DNA from: Tricharina praecox
Lineage: Eukaryota
Assembly: GCF_024521635.1 (NCBI RefSeq)
Contig: NW_026250444.1
Coordinates: 62,001-126,000 of the forward strand
DNA: 64,000 bases
Direction of reading: 5' to 3'
Positions within the stretch are counted from its first letter, which is position 1, and every line of letters starts with the position of its first letter. The notes below the pieces were generated by a model. That model saw only the letters and a program-made list of their open reading frames with translations. It made no database searches and was not told where the DNA came from. Positions 1 to 10,900 of this stretch are shown here, piece after piece. The translations under genes were made by a program, and so were the position numbers.

Positions 1-331
1 TTAAGGACGCGGATGCGCTAATCTTGGAGCCTCGGAGGGAAGCTTCGGCCCTGTGGGGCTAACTACGGTAGCTTACCTGCGCGGGAGTGCCGACCTTATA
101 TATATAGGCTTCAAAAGCTGTTCAATTCAATTCAATTCAATTCGTCAGTAAAGTCAAGTGAAGTGAATTCGGACTCGAGCTCTCTTGGGTCAATTGTCCA
201 AAATCAAATATTGCAGAACCTAGGTACCTTATCGAGTGAGTGAGTGCTTGCACGGTGATGCTGTGGCCTGTGGGGGCTGCGAAATTCTTCGAAATTCTTC
301 GAAATTCTTCGATGCCGCATCTGATGTTACA
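1..331 (+). mobile_element. Probable right part of an LTR (solo LTR or element end), cut by the window edge
   Basis: TATA-like TATATATATA near 97, short internal tandem repeats (TTCAA x4 at 121-141; GAAATTCTTC x3 at 281-310), and an end in TGTTACA at 331, typical of TG..CA LTR termini. No second copy in the window. Confidence 0.35.
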
Positions 332-454
332 CAGAGGAGCCCCGCCATCGCACTCCATCTCCACAATATCACGGCGGAACGACAATCACACACACGATGC
401 GACAGACAGACAGCTGGTATAGTATTCGCTTCCATCTCATCCGTCGCCCCTCTC

Positions 455-961
455 CTACTCAGGCCTCCTCTTCAAAAACTCCTCCAAATCGCCCCTCGTC
501 GCAACGCCGAGGACAAACCTCCTGGCGGGGTCAGTGACAACCGCAAACTGCTCACCGCCCTGCTCAAAGAACCCCTGCAGCTCCTCGAGCGGGGTCGCGG
601 GCGTAATGACGGAGTAGGGCTTCGCGCGCCGCCGCCGGTCGAACCAGTGCATCACCGCGCTGACCGGGCGGTTCGGCGACGAAAAGAATTTTGGCACGGT
701 CAGCGTACGAGAGTCCACGTACCCGAGCAGCGCCCGCGTCCGCTCGTTCACTACCGTCAGCTGGCTGTAGTCCCGCTCGTACGCGAGCGCGTGCGCCGCT
801 TCGATCGTCGTCTCGGGTGTGATCGAGAGCGCCGGCGCGAGGTCGAGGTCTTCGACTGTCGCCTGGGGGGTGTTAGCGGGAAGGGAGGGGGGAGGGGAAG
901 GGGGGAGTACGCCGCGGAACTTGGAGGATGGGGCGGTGGCGGTTTCTGAGGTGGTCGACAT
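455..961 (-). CDS. Small CBS-domain-pair protein; probable 48-nt intron at 863-910
   Basis: Two CBS-like repeats (TVEDLDLAPALSITPETTI..YSQLTVV..LLGYVD; VITPATPLEEL..FAVVTD..VLGVATRGDL). The segment GTACTC..GCTAAC..CAG (910-863) has full intron signals. Confidence 0.8.
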   Translation of the reverse strand: MSTTSETATAPSSKFRGVLPPSPPPSLPANTPQATVEDLDLAPALSITPETTIEAAHALAYERDYSQLTVVNERTRALLGYVDSRTLTVPKFFSSPNRPVSAVMHWFDRRRRAKPYSVITPATPLEELQGFFEQGGEQFAVVTDPARRFVLGVATRGDLEEFLKRRPE

Positions 962-1616
962 GGTGGGTTGTGGTTGGTTGGTGGGGTTAGTTAGTAGTAG
1001 GATGGTGAGGGTGACGTGAAGCTTGAGGTGTGTGGTGGTAGGTGGTAGGTAGGAGGTAGGTTGGGTGGATGGCGGGGTGAAGCTTATTTTGTGTGTGTAA
1101 CGTTGGCTTGGAGAAAGTTATTTCACGGCAGGGGAGAGTGAGAGTGCGAGTGATCGGTCAACCACTACCACGCTTCTATTTCGATGGGGGGTATTCTATT
1201 CCGGTCATACTGGGGTACTACAAGTAAGACTGTAAGAGACGACGAATGCGCGAGTCATTGGCACAGCTACGAGGTCCCATTGAGCTCTGGGATGGCGAGA
1301 TAAAAGGATGGCCGAGTCGACAAAGAGCTATTCACGGTTCGGCACAAGAAGCCCGACAAAACTACATAACTCATTCCCATCTCAAGAATTGAACAGTAGA
1401 CGTGGAGCTTGAATTGAATCCTTCAGACCTGCGTTCCATCGGCCGAACGCTAGAACTGGACTTGTCTCCACGAAGATTGCAGACTGACTTGAGATAATCA
1501 ACAAGCCTGTCCGCCATCGGGTGTATTGTTTCCACGTTTTAAGCTCCTGCACTGGTGAACAGGGAAACTTGTGACAAGTCCCCTTGACTGGACTCCTGAT
1601 CCATTCCTTCACGTCA

Positions 1617-2075
1617 TTTTTTTTTTGTTTAATCAGCAATTGCTTGCGACCTACTTATGTAGATCATGGCAATATATGTACACACTCCTATTCCACGCCA
1701 CTGTTCAACCCGACTTTCATCAAGTGGCCTGATGTGGCTTTCCCTGCTCCCCGCCCCGGCCTGTCCCAGCAATGAAGATAGAAATAACACTAGGAAAAGA
1801 CATATTCCGCTCCCTCTCCCTACTCCGCCCCGCCTCCATGAAAGAAGGTGTGGGGAGGAACAGCGGGAATGAGCCTGGCTCCTCGACCTCAGCACCCTCC
1901 TCCTCCTCTCGCTCCAGCTCTGCCCCCCTTTCTTCCCGCTCCCTAAGCTCCCATTCCGATACCTCGCTCTCTGAATCTCCCTCAGCCGCCTCTAGCATCC
2001 GTCTACCCACATCGGTGGTGAAGAGGAATTCCAAAATCGCCTTGCTGCAGCGCTTGTCCGCGAAGAGGTCCCGTC
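1617..2075 (-). mobile_element. 5'-truncated LINE (Tad1-like) 3' end: ORF2 C-terminus, 3' UTR, stem-loop and A-tail
   Basis: Minus strand reads RDLFADKRCSKAILEFLFTTDVGRR plus an acidic tail, resembling fungal Tad-clade ORF2 ends. It finishes ATATTGCCATGATCT..AGGTCGCAAGCAAT..GATTAAAC(A)n. Confidence 0.75.
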
Positions 2076-2237
2076 CGGTCTCTGGCCCGATTTTCGACCC
2101 TCAACACCTAGCTTTTGGATCGCGATGGCGAGTTCCAAAACGTCGTCAGCTACCGGAGATTGAACTTGTATTTCCTGTGAGTGACGCGTGCGTTAGCTAG
2201 GTGGGGCCGGGTGGGGTTGGCCTTTGCAGTATCCGCC

Positions 2238-2288
2238 TTTTTTTGTTTAATCATCATAGCATTCGACCTTATCAGATCATGGCTGTAC
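2238..2288 (-). repeat. Retroposon 3'-terminal stem-loop/A-tail motif copy
   Basis: GTACAGCCATGATCTGATAAGGTCGAATGCTATGATGATTAAAC(A)7 on the minus strand. Confidence 0.75.
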
Positions 2289-2708
2289 ACTCGTCCAGTT
2301 CCACCCCACTGTCTCCGACCGCTGGCCGCGAACTCGTTACCTCACGTCATTGGGTACGAACTTAGTTGCCGTCCGCAGCAACTCAAAGAGACGAGTGATA
2401 CTCACGCACTCCTTGTGAAAGTTGTGCTCGGAATTTCCACGATCTGTGATCCTCGGAATCATAGCTCGCTGGCGGAGGGATACCCTATCGATGCTTTCCA
2501 AATGCCTCGGCCATCTTTCGACGTCGACCCGATGATATTTCATACAGCATGGAACCCTAAGGTTATGGCTGGGATTCCGTTTCCGATGTCAAAAGGCGGC
2601 TGGGGTTCCAAGATGGCACGGTCTCGACGTGATCCGTTTGGCGTCCGACACGCGCGAACCTTCCCCAGGGGCTTGGGGGGGGGGGGGACCGTTAGGGAGG
2701 GTGGAAAG

Positions 2709-2770
2709 GGGGTCTGCCGGTGTTTACGAGCAGCCACGCCGGTGTTTACGAGCAGCCGCGCCGGTGTTTT
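2709..2770. repeat. 21-bp tandem repeat, about 2.5 copies
   Basis: GCCGGTGTTTACGAGCAGCCRC repeated. Confidence 0.75.
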
Positions 2771-2771
2771 C

Positions 2772-2890
2772 GTTTGTTTTTTGTTCCGTCGTGTTTCATG
2801 TGATCGTTTTCGATCATGGCAAGTCAGCCCACCGTTTTTTTTTTGTTTAATCATTGATTGCATGCGACCTATCTAGATCATGGCAATATA
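2772..2890 (-). repeat. Two adjacent retroposon 3'-terminal motif copies (2772-2823 divergent; 2835-2890 canonical)
   Basis: TTGCCATGATCGAAAACGATCACATG..GAACAAAAAA and ATATTGCCATGATCTAGATAGGTCGCATGCAATCAATGATTAAAC(A)10. Confidence 0.7.
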
Positions 2891-3089
2891 AAGTCAGGCA
2901 CCGGTGATTGGCAGGGCAGTGCGTTGTCGAGCAGACGAGTGACAGACTCAGCCAAGAGCACCACGGCCCCCACCGCTGCTCACGATCAACCGAAAATTGT
3001 CGAATAACCGGGACAGCGAGCAGGCAGGGAGGTGGGTGAAAACTGTTCCTGAAGGATCACGGACCGAGCTTCAAACGAATGGATCATGT

Positions 3090-4990
3090 TCAACCATTTC
3101 CGCCCTCGTTTGACTCAATTCTCCCGACTAATTTTTGAATATACACTTTCTGGTCTGGAGGATCCCTCCACAAAAATGCCGATGTTCGGGAAATCGGTGG
3201 ATTGAGACGAGCGGGTGATCGGTATTTGGTCGGGCCAGCGAGCATCGAGAACAGCGTGTGATATGCTGCTTGTATCCGTACGAAGGGCAGCCATGCCGTC
3301 CAGACCCGAGACGTTGGTATGGTCCTCATTTCCTTCAGGTGAGTGCAGGAGTTCACTGTCGTCTTCGGTTGAAGAACGAGACCTCGAGGCATCACTTGTA
3401 AGGATGGTGTGTTCTTCATTGCCATGATCGAGATGGTATCGTACATTGTCGTCATCGCTGATGTTACCGGGTGCGTGCCTGCTGGCTGCTAGTGGGGAGG
3501 ACGAAAGCGTCTTTATCGCAATCGACGGGTGGACTTGGTTGGCGAGAGTAAGGCTTCGTTGAGTTCAAAGGGACTCGGATTCGTGCATTTCGACCAGTTC
3601 CCGGGGGCACCCACTTTGTGGCGGCCGTGTTGCCGTGACGAAGACTGCCGTGGACTCGAAGGTATGCATGATCCAGAACCGATTTCTCCGGACACCCGAT
3701 ATTTGATGTACATCTGCCCGGATATGCCACGTCGAAGTTGGTTTGGCCCAGCTGCACCTAACCACAGTTATTAGTACATAATGGGGAGATGTGCGTTGAT
3801 GGGGATTCGCTTACTCACCTCGGAAACTCACACCTGTAGCTTCAGAGTGTGACTTCATCATCTAAAAGTCCTCAACGCTCCTCTAAGACCAACACCCTTT
3901 TCGGGGATTTCTTGGCCCGCGGCCTCTTGAGTTACGCCATAGGCGGATGTAGTGGTCGATTGGGCATTAAAAGCCCAGGACCTTTGATCGAAGATCATCA
4001 TCAGCATGGAGAACTTCATCATTGACGTGGGATGACATACCGGAGGGTTGAATTCCCCGAGGAGACCAGTCGGACGGCGGGAAAAGGAGCGAATAAAGAG
4101 TATTCTTTTTGAAGCGGGTGGGAACAGTCGGGCACCCTTGAGGACCAAAATCGCGAGTCATCGGTTCCCATGGTAGTCGGTCGAACGAAGTTCCTGTCTG
4201 GGTGGATGCTGAGAGCAGAAGGTAGGTGACGAGGAAAGGTATATTTCAAGCCCATATTTTGCGCAGTACTACGCCCCGCAGCCCGGCACTGAATGGATCG
4301 GTAGGGACCGTCAAACGTCAACGTGGTATCCATCAACCTGGCACTGAAGGCGGATCAGGGGAAGTGAGGAATCGAGTCGATGGCCGTCTTAAACATAATT
4401 TTTTAGCATCCATCCAGCAATCAGCCAAGCGAAGAAGCAAGTGGTTAGCCGACACAGATAGGGATTGAAGTGATGATTCCTCCCCGTCCCCGCCAGTTCG
4501 ATACGAGTCGCCGGAATACTGAGATCGGTTCTTCGGTGCGGGGTAAACCTAGTTGGTGTCACACGGGATGGAGTTCAACGCAAAGATTGTGATCCAGGCC
4601 GCAGTTGCAGCCCGGGAATCACGGCGATATGCGCTCGATCGTCGATGTGGATACATGAAGAATTGTAATCGTCCAATTGGATCCTGAAGCCTAATGGTGT
4701 TTCTCCCGGTTCTTGCAACATTGACCTGTGAATGCCAGTTGGTGGATAAAGGGCGATCTTCGATCTGGCCGACCAGTGTCGCAGAACGTAAGGATGTGAG
4801 GATGTGAGGATATTTCGCTTCTCGTTGCAAATCGTCCGCCATTCCAAAGGGTTGAAGGCGGAGATCCCAACCGATCTGGTTCCCCTGGAAGCCAGTTCTT
4901 TCCTCGCTATCAAAATTCTGCTGGCTCCACTCAACCGCATCCGGGGAATCCCCCCAGCCCCTGACTCCGTTATCGCTTCCTCTCACTGCT
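3090..4990 (-). pseudogene. Decayed intron-containing gene of unknown family
   Basis: Canonical intron at 3818-3758 (GTGAGT..TACTAAT..TAG) joins short ORF pieces broken by stops and frameshifts. No recognisable domain. Confidence 0.35.
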
Positions 4991-5379
4991 TCCGTTCGAA
5001 TCCATGAGCAAGGCGGCAGGCGTGCGGTTCACCAGTTTGCTTGTGTTGACCGGGGAGACATATCAGAGAGCCGTAGGAAAAGATTCTTCCAGTATCGTTT
5101 CCCTCACGGATCAGCTTCCCATCGTTTCGCGTTGTTGTACCAGTGTCTCTCCATGTGGTTCAATGTGTCATGTGGTTCAATGTCTCCCGATGTACCTCTC
5201 CTGTTGTAAAACACCTTGCATTTTCGACTCCTCTAACTCCTTCTCTTACAATTCTTTTTCATTCTCATTCTCCCCAACCCTTTCCTGCGTCCGTTCGTCT
5301 TTCTGCTCCGCAACTGTCCCCCCCATCTTCACCATTTTCGGAGTCCACCTCTTCCACCGTACATTCCTTCTCAACACCT

Positions 5380-5610
5380 TTTCCCTTCCCGGTAGTGGTC
5401 TTTCTGGCCCGCGAATTGCTTCACAAACGCCACGGCCTCTTGGTTCTCGGTTGCCTGCCGTTCGGCTTCCTGCGCAAGCAGCTTGAAGTTTTCTTGATCG
5501 ACCTCCTTTGCGGCCTTCGGTGCCGTAGCCACTTGGCCCGCAAATTGGTTGGATGCGAGCTTGACCTGCAGGTATTGCTCCTCGTAGGATTGGAGAAGCG
5601 ACGTCAGAAA
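5380..5610 (-). mobile_element. Ty3/gypsy gag N-terminal coiled-coil fragment
   Basis: Reads LLQSYEEQYLQVKLASNQFAGQVATAPKAAKEVDQENFKLLAQEAERQATENQEAVAFVKQF, similar in pattern to the N-terminal gag region at about 43300-43500. Confidence 0.4.
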
Positions 5611-5849
5611 TGAGGGAATCTCTGATCGTAGCTATACTGGATCAGTAAAATTCAATCCTTCAGGGTGGGTTTACGTACATGGTACCCGTGAGGAATTTCG
5701 GTACCAAAGGGAATAGGACAGTAGCAGCCACTGTCTTCGACGTCGTTGGTGGGGAACTTGCTTAGGTAGCTGTTGAAGTAGCCGTGACTGGTCCTCCATT
5801 TCCGATTTTCTAGGCTGAGGTCCAGTTTGTACCAGTGGTTTGCGGGGAG

Positions 5850-6190
5850 TGCTTATATAGCGTTTCTTCATCGAACTTAACGTCTCGGCTAGTGAAGACA
5901 CGTTTGGTAGCGAGATGGAGATGGGCAGCGTCCTCTCATTGGGTGGATCTTGGGCATGGTGAGGGTGCGGATGGCGTACTTCCGTTGGGAGTATGGAAAA
6001 AAGTTGAAAAGTGAGGTAGATACATGAAGGCAATGAATTCGGTACAGGAATAACATTGTGGGCAGTAGTGGCGGCTAGGTGGTTGGTGGTCGGTGCCGAG
6101 TTGAACTTGCTTAGCATGGACACGGTGAAGGCAAGGTCAGGCCTGGTGCACAGCATCAGCCACATCAGACTTCCGAGAATATCTCGATAC
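5850..6190 (-). mobile_element. Ty1/copia pol fragments
   Basis: YRDILGSLMWLMLCTRPDLAFTVSMLSKFNSAP (copia RT C-terminal motif) and TKRVFTSRDVKFDE (copia post-integrase motif), in scrambled order. Confidence 0.8.
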
Positions 6191-6236
6191 GCAAGCTAGG
6201 CGGAGGAAGACGGGGCGGGGGGCTGGTGGAGTGTTG

Positions 6237-6535
6237 TTTTTTGTTTAATCAGTAATTGCATGCGACCTATCTAGATCATGGCAATATAGAAGGCAGCGTG
6301 GAGTGTGATAGCAGTAGGATTTGGATGAAGATGGATTGTTCCCGGCCGAAGTGATGCGTAGTGATCGACATCAGCACACAGGAGGTGTCTGATATTCCTT
6401 CAGTCCAAATATCCCATCCATGTAGTTCCCATGCATCGTGATATCGGCCCTTTTCTCCAACAGACGACTGGAGGCACCAGCGAGCATGGGAAGGCGTCCC
6501 ACATTGGAAAGCTTCGACCGCATAGGCTTGAAGAG
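6237..6535 (-). mobile_element. Second LINE 3' end (different subfamily) with stem-loop/A-tail
   Basis: ..SNVGRLP.. ORF2-end-like peptide, a 3' UTR unrelated to the 1617 copy, and the same terminal motif at 6237-6287. Confidence 0.6.
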
Positions 6536-7130
6536 CCCCCGCCTTGAGCTTCTCCTGCCAGATAACTCCGGCAAGGTTGGCTCTCGCGTTCACGATCTCC
6601 ATGCGGTTAATGTAGAGGTCAATGTTGCCATCGTACTCTATTTTGTCCAGTTTCTTGAGGGCATCACGCTCCTCAGAGCGGCTCTGGAAACGGGCCTCCA
6701 ACACGTGGGTGAAAGCCTCACAGTTGTCGGTCAGCTTGTTTTTGTGCAGATGCGCGACCCTTCCCTCAAACCACTCCTCCGCGTTCCCTTGCATGCGGCT
6801 GCCTATGAACGAGATCTTGTCGACCTCGTTCTGGTAGGTGCCTTTGTAATAGTCAAAATAGTTGCCTATTATTGAACACCACACAGAGAACGTGGGCTTC
6901 GAGTCTCGACCCGAAAACTTCTCCAGTTTATCGAGCTTGGGCTTCTCGATAGTGATCCGGACTCCCTCCTTCCTGTGGGGGGTACGCTCAGGCCGCGGAG
7001 GCTTCCGCTTGCGCTTATCGCTTCCAGAGGCGTCATCCTCAGACGAGGACGAGGAAGGGGAGCTCGGGGGGTTAGAGGCGTTGTGACCGCGGCCTCCGTC
7101 ACCATGTTGCGGGCAGAGAAAGGGTATTTT
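6536..7130 (-). mobile_element. Ty3/gypsy gag (capsid) fragment
   Basis: KPKLDKLEKFSG..DKISFIGSRMQGNAEEWF..ALKKLDKIEYDGNIDLYINRM aligns by eye to the gag at 41778-43781 (KEPKPFDG..KIAWVGSRLEGTAAEWH..LEYKGDIQAYMTSF). Confidence 0.8.
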
Positions 7131-7469
7131 GTCAGGACCGGGTGCCTTCCTTGGTGTCGGCTGGATGGGATGTTGGGGGTGGTCGTTCGGGCGGGGGTGG
7201 GAACATCACCTTCCGGAAGAGGCGAGCTTTCTCAGCAAATGTGGTGAAGGAGTCATTGCCGGCCGTGAGGGTAGGTGTTCTCTGAGTTTTCCTAGGTTTG
7301 GTGAACTGCAAAGCCGTGAAGATGTCTTTGTTCCTGGCATCGGCCAGGAACTCGTTCCATGCAGTTTCCTTCGCAGTCCTGATGTGTCGGTAGTACTGGT
7401 TCCGGAGGAGGCGTTAGGTCTGGTGAAGGTCGTTTGTCCGGTGTAGGTTCCATTTCTTCTGGGTACTGT

Positions 7470-7740
7470 TCATGGCTGGCTTGTAGCCAATCTTTGATTT
7501 CTTGAGTGCTGTGGGATCTGAAAAGGTCCATAACGAGGAGGGTGGGACGGGAGCCGAGAGCGGGAAGGAGCATGTATTCGAACCAAAACATCATGATTGC
7601 TGAGTTGGCATAGCCTTTGGGATTGAAATTGACTATGACGCGAGGATCAAACAGTTCTTCTTTTCGTCTCCGAGGGGCTTGCGTGCTGACTTCCGCTCCG
7701 CGAAAGATCATGAGAGGGCTGGTTTTCACCATCTCTTCGA
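7470..7740 (-). mobile_element. pogo/Fot1-type DDE transposase fragment
   Basis: PLMIFRG..FNPKGYANSAIMMFWF..RPTLLVMDLFRSH matches the DDE_1 (Tc5/pogo) signature. Confidence 0.8.
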
Positions 7741-8141
7741 TCGTGGGGGAATCAGTGACGGACGGGCGGCCATTGAATGCATGTGGGATCAGCTCGATGG
7801 ATCACTGTCATTGCTGGATTCTTTGGTCTGACCGTCGTCCACACCACTGGACGCATCGGTCTTAAAGGGCTAGGGGAAATCGGTGGTGAAGGCGTTCTGG
7901 AAAAGGCCGTGTCGTTATGCGGATGATGTTTAAACGTGCGTATATACCGCCAACTCTGGACAAGACGTAGGTAAGACACACAGGAAATAAGGGAAATAAC
8001 AACTTCCTCCTCTTTCTCCTCCTCCCTTTCCTCTTCCCATTCCTCTTCCCCTTCCTCTTCCCCCTCCGATTCGAAAGCAGAACCTAGGTTTCCGCTTGTG
8101 AGATAATGATCTCCAGCTCGATGCGGATTCCCCTCTGTGTA

Positions 8142-8223
8142 TATTTTGCTCGACCTCCCGTGTATTTTGCTCGACCTCCCGTGTATTTTGCTCGACCTCC
8201 CGTGTATTTTGCGCGACCTCCCG
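8142..8223. repeat. 21-bp tandem repeat x4
   Basis: TATTTTGCTCGACCTCCCGTG repeated four times, upstream of the transposase fragment. Confidence 0.9.
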
Positions 8224-8322
8224 CAGACTGACGTGGCCCAGTCCGTTCGGCGAAGTTGATAGTGTCGAATTTTCTGCAGTTGGTTGTCTGGCTGCCGGAA
8301 GTACGATTCGATTGTCTCCGGA

Positions 8323-8355
8323 TTTTTTTTGTTTAATCATCATAGCATTCGACCT
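8323..8355 (-). repeat. Truncated retroposon 3'-terminal motif
   Basis: AGGTCGAATGCTATGATGATTAAAC(A)8, identical to the 3' half of the 2238 copy. Confidence 0.7.
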
Positions 8356-8399
8356 CGTTCGTTGGTTCGTCATTGTCCCGACTGCCATCATCTCCTTCC

Positions 8400-10900
8400 A
8401 AGAATCACAGACATATCTTGGTCATAGGCAAGGGTAAACGGGAGTTATCGATCAAATGGTCGTCTCAAAATTGAAATCCATGGTGACGACTCATGTTCCG
8501 CCGAAATCGAGAACGGATACACACAGGTAGTCGGAATGATCGGATACGAAGTCGGTGTCTGTTGGGGGGGGGATCATGACGTGCCGGTCTGGTGCAGTGG
8601 TCGAGGGACGCGGTGTGTCTTGGTTCTGGTCCGGGTTTCCGTTCGTTGTAATGGATGGACCGATGCGGCAGAGTCTCGGGGTGCGGGAAGGAAAATGATC
8701 CGTCCGACGGCGACGGTAGAGCAGTGGCAAATCGGGGGTAGCTCGTGGTTGTTCAAGTTTGCTGTTATATCGAGGAGGGCAGAGGGTATATCCGTAGTCA
8801 CTAGTGATGCCATAAAACATCACCACGGGCAGGGGGCACTATGATGCACCCGACCACCCCTAACGTCCAAAGTTCGGTCAAAAGTCCCGCTAGATAAACC
8901 TCCGTAACCAACACATGGCCAGCTCGTTCAGCATCCACCCCGTGAACTCGAAGGCGAATAATTATCGGCAAAGTCGATCCCGAGGGTACTTTCCAAAAGG
9001 TCGGTCGATTTGACGGTGATACTGATGGGTCTTAGCAGTTGGGATTCGATGGTTTCGGTATTGTCGACTATGAAGAAAATAAAGCGATGGATTGTGGATG
9101 TATCAGCTTCAATTGTTTGCGCCGTATTCGCCGGTTCGTAATGTAGATCCAATCATGCAGTGATATGGTTAAAGATAGGTTCGTCATCAACGAGACTCGT
9201 CGCACAAAACTGCCGTACGAGCCTCTGAAGTCCGGCGGTGAACGCCGTCGCGTTCGACTGGTCAAGATCGGTCAAGATTTTGCTGGAGTAATTGAGAGCC
9301 TCGTAAGGGGAAAGCTAGCTCGCCGCAGGACACGATTGTAATTGCGCATGCGGAGTCGACACGTTTAGGATACTCGAGTGATCAAAATAATTGTCGTACA
9401 ACTACACGAAGGATTAGCAAGCGCCCAACCACAGTGTCATCGCCGAGATATAGCCCACCTCCAGAGTGAATTGTTTGCGGTAACACCCTTCGCAGGGTTG
9501 TAGGTTCTGCCTCAGCTGAGGCAGACAATGAGCTTCCGCCGGTTGGATGAAATCGAAGGAGTCCGTGATTCAGAGATGTCGCGGCTTCTCGGCGGAAGGT
9601 CGGGTGGAGGATAGTTCTTTACCTCCTTTGCGGATATCGAAAGTGTTTCGCACGTATGTAGAATCTCAAAACCTAATCGATTAAAGTTATACGCAACATT
9701 GGCGCTACCCAGGTGGTGGCACCCGGGTCGGCCAAAGCCGTGGACGGAGAAGGAGGTGTGACGGAGAATTCGTACTGGTCCATCGATCGAAACTGTGTCG
9801 TGGGATTAGACTGTAGGAAGGGAATCCTAGGGTCTGAGAGGATGAAAAGATTAAAGGTTCAAACAAATAATCCGCGGACTGTATCAGAAGGGCCAAGATA
9901 AAAAGGAGCGTAATCGCACCGAAGTGCTGGGGGCCAGGACTAAAAACCAAAGTTCTTCATCGACGGTTTGAAGACTCAGTTGAAGGATGCTTGTAAACAC
10001 CATTCGAAGGTCAACCCTTTGGTTGTCGAGCGGCATCAAGAGAGTGTCGATTGTCATTGTGAGTGACAAGGGGTCGAGAGATTGTCGTTTTATCAAGGTA
10101 TGAAACTGCCGAAAGTCGGATCGAAATCGAGAATCGTCAAATTTTCCTTCGCACTCGCAGTCGACAGAGAATAGCCAGATCGGGTGGAGCTAGATATCTC
10201 CAACCGTTTCCAACGATCAAGGTGGTTTGCACATGAAACGGTCGAAGACCATTCGGACCTCATCGACATGAATGCATATCGGATGTAGCAAAATAACGCC
10301 ATGAGGAGGTTCGAGGACAAGCAGCGATCAGACGCCATCCCGGGGACGCTCGGTTCAGCCCGGTACGCTCGGATATCGGATCGACGGAACGACAGAACAT
10401 CTCGGGGAACGCCGAATGGCGTGTAATCGGAGCAGGTGCCACGCGCCTCCATGAAAAGCCGCCCCCTTCGAAAAGTGCTCGGCATCATCGATATAAAGCT
10501 GCGTCGGAATGGACCGAATGCCGCAGGTGTGGGCAAAAATGTTTCAACTAGGCCTGTACATGAACCCTTAATTAGCACTACTGCTCGTGAATCACGATCA
10601 AAAAAAAAGTGATAATTGACCTATTCCTTTGGGGTTCCCCACCACACTGGCTGTTCCGCAAATCTCCACATCTTCGGTACCGATGTGATGGGATGATCGA
10701 AAATGCAATCGCAAGGCGCTGCTTCCCCTCATCCGAGATCCGGGATCAGAGGATTGAGATGGTGCGAACGGCCAAAGAACCTGCGGAACGTGAAATTGCC
10801 AGAATTCCGCAGGAGCTGGTCGACGGCTGCCCCCAAAGGACGGGCCGCCGACAAGGAGACAACGAGACATCGGTTCGATAGCCATGTATTTAAGCCGGGC
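8400..10900 (-). pseudogene. Decayed intron-containing gene(s) of unknown family
   Basis: Successive protein-like ORF fragments on the minus strand and an intron-like segment at 9458-9402 (GTGGGC..GCTAAT..TAG). Confidence 0.3.

Noticed and set aside
3416..3450. ATTGCCATGATC partial match to the retroposon tail motif
   Set aside because: The 3' stem arm and A-tail are missing; probably chance.
6276..6884. 202-aa ORF as a single protein
   Set aside because: Chance fusion of a gypsy gag fragment with a LINE 3' end at about 6535.
1617..8355. Recurring motif read as a CRISPR-like array or hammerhead ribozyme
   Set aside because: Irregular spacing, eukaryotic context, no CUGAUGA/GAAA core; the A-tails and LINE ORF2 ends explain it better.
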